Positions 53,294 to 62,465 of a stretch of DNA of 64,000 nucleotides are shown here, piece by piece (position 1 is the stretch's first letter; each line of letters opens with the position of its first letter). Under the pieces are notes generated by a model. The model did not search any database. It saw only the letters and a program-made list of their open reading frames with translations, and had not been told where the DNA came from. A program made the position numbers and the translations under genes. The stretch lies in the IMG/VR virus record IMGVR_UViG_3300042520_000681, positions 4,095-68,094 of that record, one strand, 5' to 3'. The stretch comes from a virus.

Positions 53294-53829
53294 ACATCTT
53301 CTAAATAAAATTGAATATTTTCAAATCCAACAGCTTCAAGTTCAGCTATACCTGTAAAACTAAATCCCATTGTTATTTTACTTGTTGTATTTATAATTAT
53401 AGCTTCAGCCGTTCCTGTTTGAGTATTGGGATTTGATCCGCCGCAATTTTCAGAGTCCTCTAATGAATATCTTATTGTTTTTCCACCATTGCTTATCGTC
53501 CAAGGATTTCCAGTTGTTCCGCCATATGTAGTAGTCCATGTAATGCTCATGTCTGGGTCTAATGTGTAATTAGCCTGATAATATGATCCAACATGATATA
53601 ATCCGTCTCCAGAACTAAAATTAATTCTCAATTTATACTGCTTGTTTTTTATTAAATTATATGGGGGATTTATGAAATATGTCTGAACCGCTGCCCCCAT
53701 ATCGCATCCTTGCCCACCACCAGCAGAAGTTGCAGATGCTAATAATCCAAATGGTGTAGCGCAACAAGAACAACTAACTTTCCCTTCTTTCGTAATAACC
53801 TTTCCTCCTTGTAGCGCAATCGTAGCCAT
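53290..53829 (-). CDS. hypothetical beta-rich virion protein
   Basis: N-terminal KVSCSCC, Gly/Thr-rich. Confidence 0.55.
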   Translation of the reverse strand: MATIALQGGKVITKEGKVSCSCCATPFGLLASATSAGGGQGCDMGAAVQTYFINPPYNLIKNKQYKLRINFSSGDGLYHVGSYYQANYTLDPDMSITWTTTYGGTTGNPWTISNGGKTIRYSLEDSENCGGSNPNTQTGTAEAIIINTTSKITMGFSFTGIAELEAVGFENIQFYLEDV

Positions 53830-53830
53830 A

Positions 53831-54703
53831 TCAATATCTCTTCAATCTATTCTCAATATCTTCAACACTATAATTTAATTTACGCAAAAAGCAATCAGCC
53901 CGTGTTAGCGCGATGCAGATATGCTTGTCTTTAGCTCGCATTGTCTTTCCTTCTATTTCGCACTTCCACCCGTTTCTTGGGAAAGTGTTTTCTATAATGC
54001 ACGGTTTCCCGTAAAATTGTGCAGTAAGAGTCCCGTCATGCACATATTTAATATTGCCCCGTTCATATATGCAATCAAACGCATATAGGCAAGTTTCTAC
54101 TATAGATGGGGAGCCTAGCCCTACAGCAATCGAGTTAGGCGAGCTTTGATTGCCGATGAATAGGTCAGCACCCGTAATTGCAGTTGCGACATCGTATAGG
54201 TCATTTGTGAGCAAATGCGGGATGGTTCCGAACTCGTTGCAGAACGCTTGATGTTCTTCATTCAGTCCGACGAATAGCATGTGTTCTCCGTAGGCTTCTA
54301 CTAGCTGCTTCCACGGAAAGAATTCTCCGTGCCACCTAGCTCCGCGACTGACGATGATATTGCCTTTCGTTTCTAGATTCTTTTCTTCTATGCGAATCCA
54401 CGGCTTGGAAAGATCAACCTTAACCCCCATCCACCTAGCTACACGGGTTGCGATGTTGTCTCCGTATCGCATTCCTCCGTTCCTGTATGTCGATAGATCG
54501 AAGTCGATATGCTCTCCTTCGTGTTTCCTTACAAGTATCCCTTGTGATTCTAGTAGCCTTGAGAACGCTCCAATCCTATTAACAATTGGCTTTGTCCAAG
54601 GTCTATCGTCTACCAGAAGCGTTGTTGCCCCTAGAGCCTTGATCGTAGGGATAGAGTAAATAATATCCCCGATGCAGCCGGAATGAAATGCGTTCACTTG
54701 CAT
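53831..54703 (-). CDS. GT9-like glycosyltransferase (second paralogue)
   Basis: HSG.IGDIIYSIP, FVGL.EE, LFIGNQSSP..IA.GLG. Confidence 0.75.
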   Translation of the reverse strand: MQVNAFHSGCIGDIIYSIPTIKALGATTLLVDDRPWTKPIVNRIGAFSRLLESQGILVRKHEGEHIDFDLSTYRNGGMRYGDNIATRVARWMGVKVDLSKPWIRIEEKNLETKGNIIVSRGARWHGEFFPWKQLVEAYGEHMLFVGLNEEHQAFCNEFGTIPHLLTNDLYDVATAITGADLFIGNQSSPNSIAVGLGSPSIVETCLYAFDCIYERGNIKYVHDGTLTAQFYGKPCIIENTFPRNGWKCEIEGKTMRAKDKHICIALTRADCFLRKLNYSVEDIENRLKRY

Positions 54704-54756
54704 TATTGTTAAACAAGACTTGAAAGAATTCAATAGCATTTTTTCTTTCAAAAGAT

Positions 54757-54784
54757 TTGACGCTCGTTGAAAATAGTGTATTGT
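54757..54784 (+). promoter_or_regulatory. sigma70-type promoter
   Basis: TTGACG-N16-TATTGT. Confidence 0.6.
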
Positions 54785-54789
54785 ATTTT

Positions 54790-55240
54790 CATCTTTCTTG
54801 ATTCATCACAGGATTCGAGACAACAGTTTTCCTTCCCCGAAAATACCCGTCTTGATACTGTGATTATCAAGGCGGGTTTTTCGTTTAGCATGAAGCCTAA
54901 CGGCAGTTCCCTAAAATGAGCCTAAAGATGAGCGTAGCACGGCAGGTTCTATCCCTGACTGCGGAACTACCTGAAAAGGACTCCCGTGTGAAGGAGAGGC
55001 GTTGGGAGGGTTAAAAGACTACCGACTTAATGCGTTCTGCCGAAAGGCTAGAAACTGCGAATCAAACTGGCTCTCGCCGCAAGGCGTAAACTAAAGTAAG
55101 GCTAGGCAAAGGACGACCTCTAGGCCGAGTGATTCATAAATGCATACGAACGGCTCCACGCGAGAAAGTGATATGTTGTTTAAGCAGTTTCCTAGAAGTA
55201 GGAACTGCTATGCCCGAAGCTCTCCATCAAGAAAGTGCTA
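54790..55240 (+). ncRNA. candidate large structured RNA
   Basis: ~560-nt gap with no ORF of 60 aa or more, many helices and GNRA loops (GCC-GAAA-GGC, CGCC-GCAA-GGCG). Confidence 0.5.
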
Positions 55241-55317
55241 GTTGAATAAACGAATAACCGATTAAATCCTGTTACAAAAATGTATCAATAATTGTAACAC
55301 CAAGCTAAAGTCTAAAC

Positions 55318-55707
55318 ATGAACTGGAACGAATACGCAATTAAGATTGCTGAAGTAGTCGCACTGAAATCTAAAGACCCGTGGAAGAAAGTTGGGTGTGT
55401 TCTGCTACGACACGACAACTCTATTGCATCTGTAGGCTACAACGGCTTTCCTCCTAACGCAGAAGAAGACTGGAGCGATAGAGATAAACGCAGAGCATTC
55501 GTTATCCACGCAGAACAGAACGCTCTTAGGTATGTTAGGCCAAATGAATGCAGACTACTTGCCTGCACATTGCTCCCGTGCGGGAATTGTTTACGCATGG
55601 CGTCATCGTATGGAATTAACGCCGTTGTTTACAAAGAGCATTACGACCACGATTCTTCAGCTATTGAAATAGCTGAAAGGTTCGGGATAAACCTTATTAA
55701 GCTGTAG
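55318..55707 (+). CDS. dCMP deaminase
   Basis: SKDP..KVG, GYNG.P, HAEQNA, PC..C. Confidence 0.92.
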   Translation: MNWNEYAIKIAEVVALKSKDPWKKVGCVLLRHDNSIASVGYNGFPPNAEEDWSDRDKRRAFVIHAEQNALRYVRPNECRLLACTLLPCGNCLRMASSYGINAVVYKEHYDHDSSAIEIAERFGINLIKL

Positions 55708-56143
55708 CTCCAATCCGATTGTATGAGCCTTGAAGATAAGACGGGGTGCTGATTCCCATCCCGCGATTTCTTTTCAATTTTTCAGCTTCGCTTCCAACGG
55801 ATTTCTCTATTCCCATCGAGCCTTCAGGTTTGAATTTTTTACGAAATTCTTCAGTTCTGGCCTTGGCTTCATCCTTCATTGAGCCTCTTTCTGCCATTTT
55901 ATCTCTAGGGCTTTTCTGCCCATTGTATGCATCTAGTGTAGAAGGACGCTTGCTAGGGAATGCAGGCTTGCGTTGAGTTGCTTTTGCCCCATATTTACCT
56001 GACTCGGACTCGTATCTTTCCATGTAATCCCCGTCACCCATATCTTCATCAATATACAAATCTGCACCTCTAGCTTCCCTTCTGGCATTAATTCTAGCCA
56101 TTTGCTCTGGACTCCATCCGTGACTTCTTGGTTTTTGACCCAT
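55697..56143 (-). CDS. hypothetical basic protein
   Basis: 148 aa; C-terminal SY.RIG.T echoes the N-terminus of 49687..50052. Confidence 0.5.
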   Translation of the reverse strand: MGQKPRSHGWSPEQMARINARREARGADLYIDEDMGDGDYMERYESESGKYGAKATQRKPAFPSKRPSTLDAYNGQKSPRDKMAERGSMKDEAKARTEEFRKKFKPEGSMGIEKSVGSEAEKLKRNRGMGISTPSYLQGSYNRIGATA

Positions 56144-56144
56144 A

Positions 56145-56297
56145 TTAGTAATTTAGTTTTCCAAGTTGACTTGCTTTAACTTTTCCGGTTTCACGATTTT
56201 TCGTAAAAGCCTTCTTAGCCTTCTGCTGTTCTTTCGTGATCTTCTTTCCGTCTTTCGGTTGATCGTAGAAAGATTTTAATGAGTTGTATTTTTTCAT
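56145..56297 (-). CDS. small basic protein (50 aa, not in ORF track)
   Basis: MKKYNSLKSFYDQPKDGKKITKEQ...; stop abuts the next ATG. Confidence 0.45.
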   Translation of the reverse strand: MKKYNSLKSFYDQPKDGKKITKEQQKAKKAFTKNRETGKVKASQLGKLNY

Positions 56298-56326
56298 CGC
56301 TTGCAATATAATAACAATATATTTTT

Positions 56327-56584
56327 ATGCGTAAAGATAAATTATTTGCATACTACCTGCAAAAGAACCCGTCACTCTTCACTCAACTAGAGAGCGGGAA
56401 GGTTACGCTAACCGCATCTGGGTTCAGGAAGTTCTTTAATACAACCTACGATGCTGCCTACAAGCAGGGCTTCAGCCAGCTTCCAGATACAGAAGAAGCA
56501 GAATTGGATGAATGTGAAGAGCCGCGAGCATACGGTAATTCTGCTGCATTTAACGATCTGCTGAATATTTTCGGAATGAAGTAA
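56327..56584 (+). CDS. hypothetical protein
   Basis: 85-aa ORF ending LLNIFGMK. Confidence 0.55.
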   Translation: MRKDKLFAYYLQKNPSLFTQLESGKVTLTASGFRKFFNTTYDAAYKQGFSQLPDTEEAELDECEEPRAYGNSAAFNDLLNIFGMK

Positions 56585-56591
56585 AATAGTC

Positions 56592-56619
56592 TTGACGATG
56601 GTTCGTGCGAGAATAAGAT
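56592..56619 (+). promoter_or_regulatory. promoter for dnaB
   Basis: TTGACG-N16-TAAGAT, 13 nt before the ATG. Confidence 0.65.
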
Positions 56620-56632
56620 TTTTGGCTCGCAC

Positions 56633-57904
56633 ATGAAAAAAGAACTACCGCATGATCTAGATGCGGAGCATGGATTCCTATGCTCCTGCATGAACGAAAA
56701 TAAGGTAATCGGGAAAACCGCAGATAGGGTAAACCTAGATTACTTCCACTTCGACGCCAACAAGCACATCTGGCAAGCAATGCTGGATATGTGGGTATCC
56801 AAGAAGCCAATTGACCTCCTGACTCTAACCTGTGAGTTGAGAGGCAAAGGCACACTGGATGAGGTCGGAGGAGAACAGCACATCACGAATGTCTATACAT
56901 TTGTTCCATCCCATGTGAACTGGGATTCCTACTTGCACACGATGGAGGACTTGATGGTTCGCAGGAGAATCCTCAATACCTGTAAGAGGATTTTCTTGGA
57001 TGCATTCGACAGGACGATTGATACCGAGACGCTACAGGCTTCCGCTAGTAAGGACATCACTGGAATGGTATCTACCAAGACGGAGGTAAGACTAGCTAAA
57101 GATGTTTTGTCTGCCTGCGTTAATCGGTGGGAAGAGGCCGCTAGAACTGGTGGCGAGATTAATCGGGGGCATCCATCAGGTATATCCAAGTGGGATATAG
57201 CAACGAGAGCATTCAGGCCCAAGACACTTCACATCATCGCTGGTGCAGCTAAAGCAGGAAAGACTACATCAGCTCTACAGATGGTTACAAATCCTGTAAT
57301 CAAATGTAATGTCCCGATTGCGATTATCAGTATGGAAATGTCCGCTGAAGAGATCATGGACAAGCATATCGCCTCTATATCGCAGATTGCTCTATCTGAC
57401 CTGCTAGACGGCAAGCTACGCAAGGAAGACCACGCTAGGCTCTCTAAGGCTATCTCTGAGACGATGAACAGACCGATCCATATCGTTGACGAGGCTTGCA
57501 TGAATGTCAGCCAATTCAGGGCTAGATGCAGAAGGCTTGTCGTAGAGAACAAGGTTGAGATTATTATGGTGGACTATGCTCAGTTGATGGAAGGATCGAA
57601 TGATCCCAAGAGCCGCGAGCGTGAGGTTGCCGAAGTATCTAGAACAGCAAAGATCGTCGCCAAGGAACTGAATGTATGTATTGTCCTTCTAGCGCAGCTA
57701 AACGAGAACGGGGCCGTCCGTGAATCAAGGACATTCTACATGGACTGCGATTCCTTCACTAAGATCATGCCAGACGAGGAAGGAGATAGTGGAGAGGATT
57801 ACATAATGCATATCACGCATAATCGGCATGGTGGGACATTCTCCATCCCGCTCCGCTTCATCAAGCATCAAGCTAGATTTGAACAGAAGATTGTTGAACA
57901 ATAA
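56633..57904 (+). CDS. dnaB: DnaB-like replicative helicase
   Basis: P..LDAE N-terminus, Walker A GAAKAGKT, SMEM, VDYAQL, LAQLN, RES, NRHG. Confidence 0.93.
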   Translation: MKKELPHDLDAEHGFLCSCMNENKVIGKTADRVNLDYFHFDANKHIWQAMLDMWVSKKPIDLLTLTCELRGKGTLDEVGGEQHITNVYTFVPSHVNWDSYLHTMEDLMVRRRILNTCKRIFLDAFDRTIDTETLQASASKDITGMVSTKTEVRLAKDVLSACVNRWEEAARTGGEINRGHPSGISKWDIATRAFRPKTLHIIAGAAKAGKTTSALQMVTNPVIKCNVPIAIISMEMSAEEIMDKHIASISQIALSDLLDGKLRKEDHARLSKAISETMNRPIHIVDEACMNVSQFRARCRRLVVENKVEIIMVDYAQLMEGSNDPKSREREVAEVSRTAKIVAKELNVCIVLLAQLNENGAVRESRTFYMDCDSFTKIMPDEEGDSGEDYIMHITHNRHGGTFSIPLRFIKHQARFEQKIVEQ

Positions 57905-57907
57905 CCC

Positions 57908-58159
57908 ATGAAAACAATACAAGAAAAAGTGGACGAACTAATCGGGGAGGATGAGTCAATCCTACTAGCTGACGGATTCGATTCTGCCTTCATAGGTGTA
58001 GCTAGGCAGTTCAATACTCCGTTTGCTGTTTATGACAGGGAACAATGCATTGAAATCCTAATGGAAAATATGTCTCACGAAGATGCGGAGGAATATTTCC
58101 AATACAATGTTGAAGGCGCATATGTCGGTGAAAACACCCCAGCGTTTTTGATAAAATAA
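57908..58159 (+). CDS. conserved phage protein
   Basis: ADGFD.AFIG...VYD...EDA.EYF.YN..GAYVGE.TP.F. Confidence 0.75.
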   Translation: MKTIQEKVDELIGEDESILLADGFDSAFIGVARQFNTPFAVYDREQCIEILMENMSHEDAEEYFQYNVEGAYVGENTPAFLIK

Positions 58160-58283
58160 ATTACGGTTTATTTTAAAAGAATTTGATTATCAGCCATGCT
58201 GTGATAGTCTAAAAATATAAACACACCCGCTGTTCCTCTAGCACAGCAATGAACATTATGGGCGGGTTAGCTCTTTGAAACAT

Positions 58284-58761
58284 TTTAGGTCTGGGGCGCA
58301 GGAGCCAACGGGATATTCAGTTATCCTGTGAATCTGATTGAATTCAGACAGACTAAATTTAGGATTATTCCGTGACAAATACTACCCATTATTTGTCACG
58401 AATAAATCTGATTTTAGATTTGTCCGAACGGTTCGATGCATGTCTCCACGGCATGGGCAAAACCGCAGAGGATGAATCTTATTTTGATCGGCGGCGTGGA
58501 AGCCACTTCCCAATGGGTTGTGCTGTAGCCAAGGGCTATAGAGACACGCAGGTAGAGGATGACGAACACCTCATTAAAAACGGCTATCGAACTAGCTAGG
58601 GTAGCGTCTAGCCCGATCAATAATTTTCAGCAGGTAGGTGTCTAATTACCTGATGAGCGAACTGCGTAGCGGAACGCCACATCGAACTGGGGGAACGCTG
58701 GGTCGTTCACAAGTTTGGCAACCCCCGCCTAAAAAGAGGATGCATACTCGTTCCTGCTGAA
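58284..58761 (+). ncRNA. tandem array of five structured RNA elements, two tRNA-like
   Basis: successive elements each closed by a terminal helix and separated by short A/T spacers. Confidence 0.55.
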
Positions 58762-58805
58762 TATCCTTTATTCAGTATAAAATATAAATATACAAACTAA
58801 CGCAT

Positions 58806-58952
58806 ATGAAACTAAAAAACAGCGAAGATAGAAAAGCCAGAATCAATCAGGTAAAATCTCAAACGACAGGAGCAGGGAAGGGCGATAGGCCAAGACCTGT
58901 GACAAGCAAGTATTGGGATAACTACGATTCCATTGACTGGAAGAAAAAATAA
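58806..58952 (+). CDS. small conserved phage protein (48 aa, not in ORF track)
   Basis: GAGKGDRPRPV...Y.DNYD.I.W motif. Confidence 0.65.
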   Translation: MKLKNSEDRKARINQVKSQTTGAGKGDRPRPVTSKYWDNYDSIDWKKK

Positions 58953-58977
58953 AACATAATAAATAAAGTTATAACAC

Positions 58978-60099
58978 ATGAAACATACATATCATATATT
59001 GGGGCTTCCACATACTGTTACATCTAAAGAGTTTAACGCTTGTGCATATACGCAAAAAGTCGTTAAGTTCGGAAAGATGATGACGGAGCGTGGACATGAA
59101 GTCATCCATTACGGACACGAAGATTCAGACTTGATCTGCACAGAGCATGTATCCGTCCTAACGAACGACGACTTCAAGAAGAGCTACGGATCGCACGACT
59201 GGCGCAAGACATTCTTCAAGTTCAATACGCAAGACCACGCATACCAGACATTCTACCGCAATGCGATTAAGGCTATCGGTCAGCGCAAGAAGAAGAATGA
59301 CTTTATCCTTCCATTCTGGGGCAGCGGAGTCAGGCCGATTTGTGACGCGCATAACGACATGATTGTTGTAGAGCCGGGAATCGGATATGCAGGAGGACAC
59401 TGGGCAAGATGGAAGGTATGGGAGAGTTACGCGATTTATCATGCCTATTGTGGCTTGAAGAATGTTGGTCAGTGCAATCAAGATTGGTATGATGTTGTAA
59501 TTCCTAATTATTTCGATGAAGAAGACTTTGAATTTAACGATAAGAAAGAAGATTACTTTTTGTATCTTGGCAGGGTTTATTCAGGCAAAGGCGTTGATGT
59601 TGCGATTCAAGCCACGGAAAAAGCAGGAGTTAAGCTTGTCATTGCAGGACAGAAAGAAGAAGGCTATAAATTGCCAGCGCATGTTGAATATGTCGGATAT
59701 GCCGACGTGGTAAAGCGCAAGAAATTGATGGCAAATGCGAAGGCTAGTTTTTTACCTTCCATGTATGTTGAGCCATTTGGAGGCGTCCAGATTGAGAACT
59801 TGCTTTGTGGAACTCCCACGATAACGACAGACTGGGGTAGCTTTGCAGAAAATAATTTGCATGGGATTACAGGCTATCGTTGCCGGACTATGGGTGACTT
59901 CGTAGATGCTATCAAAAGAATTGATGAGATCGACCCAGCGGATTGCCGTAAGTTCGGAGAGAACTTCACGCTTGAAAAGGTAGCCCCGATGTATGAGAAG
60001 TATTTCAACGATGTCATGGATGTTTATACAGGCAAGGGTTGGTATGCAGATGGAAATGACATTGACGCAATGACACGATTCTACCCCAGCATTTACTAA
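58978..60099 (+). CDS. GT4-family glycosyltransferase
   Basis: LYLGR...KG, AG, PS.YVEPFG.V.IE...CGTP.I.T..G. Confidence 0.88.
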   Translation: MKHTYHILGLPHTVTSKEFNACAYTQKVVKFGKMMTERGHEVIHYGHEDSDLICTEHVSVLTNDDFKKSYGSHDWRKTFFKFNTQDHAYQTFYRNAIKAIGQRKKKNDFILPFWGSGVRPICDAHNDMIVVEPGIGYAGGHWARWKVWESYAIYHAYCGLKNVGQCNQDWYDVVIPNYFDEEDFEFNDKKEDYFLYLGRVYSGKGVDVAIQATEKAGVKLVIAGQKEEGYKLPAHVEYVGYADVVKRKKLMANAKASFLPSMYVEPFGGVQIENLLCGTPTITTDWGSFAENNLHGITGYRCRTMGDFVDAIKRIDEIDPADCRKFGENFTLEKVAPMYEKYFNDVMDVYTGKGWYADGNDIDAMTRFYPSIY

Positions 60100-60101
60100 T
60101 C

Positions 60102-60677
60102 ATGCCATTTTCAGCAGATGTATTTAATGGACTAATTGAAAGTCACATTAAAAAAATAAATCCGCAATCAATCTTGGATGTTGGAGCTGGAGCCGGAAAG
60201 TATGGAAAGATTCTCAAGTCAATCTCTACAGAATTCAAGGTTGATGCGGTTGAGCCAACATTGCAGTATCTAGTTGACTACAAGTTGAATGATATTTATA
60301 ATAAGGTTCATTGCGATACAATCCAAGACTTTGCAAAGCGCAATTCAAGGAACAGATATAATGCGGTAATATTCGGAGATGTTCTTGAACACTTTTTTAG
60401 ATCAGAAGCTATAGATTACATTGATTACTTTTTGTATCGCAGTGATTGGGTATTTGTATTGTGGCCCACGTTCATGCCGCAGGATGATGCTATGGACAAC
60501 TCATACGAAATTCACAAATCAAACTTCAACCTAATTGATTTGGCTGCAAAGTTTGACATACACCATTATGAAAAAAGGTTTGGATGGTATCATTGGAACG
60601 ATCCGCAGTTTACGCATTGCGAATACAACTACTGTCTAATGAAAGGATATGTCACACGCAGGCATTTAGGATTATGA
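60102..60677 (+). CDS. SAM-dependent methyltransferase
   Basis: ILDVGAGAGKYG, GDVLEH. Confidence 0.85.
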   Translation: MPFSADVFNGLIESHIKKINPQSILDVGAGAGKYGKILKSISTEFKVDAVEPTLQYLVDYKLNDIYNKVHCDTIQDFAKRNSRNRYNAVIFGDVLEHFFRSEAIDYIDYFLYRSDWVFVLWPTFMPQDDAMDNSYEIHKSNFNLIDLAAKFDIHHYEKRFGWYHWNDPQFTHCEYNYCLMKGYVTRRHLGL

Positions 60678-61573
60678 AGAGAGTTCTATTCTACACGCAG
60701 AATAGGTGGGCATTCGGTTCTATCCATCACGGGCTATGCAAGGAATTGTATAAACATGGAATATACGCCAACCTACTTGACTGGACTATTCCGTATTCAC
60801 AGCATGAATTTGATTTCCTAAATAGAACATACGATGTATTTGTGACAACGCCGGAAGCAGTAATTCCGCTTCACCAACGAGGCATTGCGCTAAACAAGAT
60901 TGTAAGTATTGCACATGGTCAATGGGACATCTTGCTGGCAAGGCGAAATTATGGCGTTGACTTCTACTCGCAGCTTAAAGGTTATGCCGTTATATCAGAT
61001 GTCCTAAAGAATAAATCGATTGAGTTTGGAGTTAGCCGAATTCCAGACATTGTAAAACTTGGAATCCATACAGATGTATTTAAGCGGAACATATCTGACA
61101 GGTTGCTCGTAGTTGGATATGCTGGAATGAAGGAAACCAAAAACTTCTTTGGTGATGAGATCAAGCGAGGCAAGTTGGTTGAAGATGCGGTAATCGGAAT
61201 GAATGTGGACTTGAGGTCATTTCCAGAAATGAATCACCTATGTATGCCGTCATACTATGGCATCGTTGACTGCGTTGTGATGTCATCAACAGAAGAAGCT
61301 GGAGGCTTGCCAATGATGGAAGCAGCAGCGGCAGGAAGATTGACTATAGGAACTCCAGTTGGGTATTATGCAGGAGACGCAATCGAAAGCGGAGGAGTTA
61401 TAGTCTCGATTGAGCCGAATGATTTCATCAAGGAAACAAGAGAAGCGATTCAGCGATACCAACAAGACAATCAGTTGTATCGCTCCACTTGTGCAAAAAT
61501 ACAAGAATATGCAATTGAGACATTTGATTGGAGCAATAGAATAGAAAGCTGGATTAAATTATTTAATAAATAA
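60674..61573 (+). CDS. GT4-like glycosyltransferase
   Basis: KRG, S..EAGGLPMMEAAAAGR..IGTPVG, FDW. Confidence 0.85.
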   Translation: MKRVLFYTQNRWAFGSIHHGLCKELYKHGIYANLLDWTIPYSQHEFDFLNRTYDVFVTTPEAVIPLHQRGIALNKIVSIAHGQWDILLARRNYGVDFYSQLKGYAVISDVLKNKSIEFGVSRIPDIVKLGIHTDVFKRNISDRLLVVGYAGMKETKNFFGDEIKRGKLVEDAVIGMNVDLRSFPEMNHLCMPSYYGIVDCVVMSSTEEAGGLPMMEAAAAGRLTIGTPVGYYAGDAIESGGVIVSIEPNDFIKETREAIQRYQQDNQLYRSTCAKIQEYAIETFDWSNRIESWIKLFNK

Positions 61574-61575
61574 AT

Positions 61576-62145
61576 ATGAGTGACTATACATTTGAAGCAA
61601 ACTACTGGGGCGATTGTTGTAATACATTTGACGAAGACCAAAAGCACTATGTCTATGCAAGATATATGGGATTGAAGCGGGTTGGTTACTCGTTCGATGT
61701 AGAGGGTAAATCCATCATAGATATTGGAGGAGGGCCAACATCCATGCTTCTCAAGACGATTAACCTTGGACAACGCGGAACTGTAGTTGATCCACTAAAG
61801 TATCCAGATTGGACTTATGATCGGTATGCCGCAAAAGGAATTAAACCAATCGTAATGCGAGGAGAAGATTTAATTATCAAACATTTCGCAAAAGGATATG
61901 ACGAAGCGTGGATATACAACTGCCTCCAGCATACCGACGATCCAGACCAAATCATCAAGAACGCACTAAAAGCCGCAAAGACATTAAGAATCTTTGAATG
62001 GGTGGACATCCCGCCGCATGACGGGCATCCAGTAGAACTCACCAAAGAGAAGTTAGATGAATGGACTGGGGGTCTTGGGCAAGTAATTACACTTGCGGAG
62101 TCTGGATGTTTTGGTAAAGCGTATTACAACATGGTAACACAATGA
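61576..62145 (+). CDS. SAM-dependent methyltransferase
   Basis: IIDIGGG, VDPL, YNCLQH..DP. Confidence 0.8.
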   Translation: MSDYTFEANYWGDCCNTFDEDQKHYVYARYMGLKRVGYSFDVEGKSIIDIGGGPTSMLLKTINLGQRGTVVDPLKYPDWTYDRYAAKGIKPIVMRGEDLIIKHFAKGYDEAWIYNCLQHTDDPDQIIKNALKAAKTLRIFEWVDIPPHDGHPVELTKEKLDEWTGGLGQVITLAESGCFGKAYYNMVTQ

Positions 62146-62459
62146 AAGTTGAAGAGATACTAAACGATCTAGACTGGGCTATTGCCGAGATAGAGAAGCC
62201 AGACTGCAATTTCGAGAAGATCGGTCCTGTAATTGTTAAAAGCTGTCAGTTTATGACAGATTCTATCAAATTGAATAAGGCAACAGACTCGGAGTTGGAG
62301 AAAGAATTGAATGACGCATACGAGGCAATCGACGCTCTAACCGAGGAGAACGAAACCCTCCAGATCGACCTACAGATAATCTTGGGATTCCTAAAGAAGA
62401 ACAACATCGACATCTCGTATATCGTAAGCAAGAGCGAGAAGAAGAAAAAGAAAATCTAA
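62142..62459 (+). CDS. coiled-coil hypothetical protein
   Basis: ATGA-coupled; heptad pattern. Confidence 0.6.
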   Translation: MKVEEILNDLDWAIAEIEKPDCNFEKIGPVIVKSCQFMTDSIKLNKATDSELEKELNDAYEAIDALTEENETLQIDLQIILGFLKKNNIDISYIVSKSEKKKKKI

Positions 62460-62465
62460 GCACAA

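Noticed and set aside
58188-58268. TGCTGTG / CACAGCA loop complementarity like that at 54.8 kb
   Set aside because: The first element lies inside the predicted promoter spacer and would only be transcribed by read-through, so it is not counted as a separate finding.
58372-58620. ORFs 58372..58599 (+) and 58414..58620 (-)
   Set aside because: No motifs or good start context; the region is better explained by RNA structure.
58645-58700. CTGATGAG suggesting a hammerhead ribozyme
   Set aside because: No stem II followed by GAAA and no matching stems I/III found by hand.
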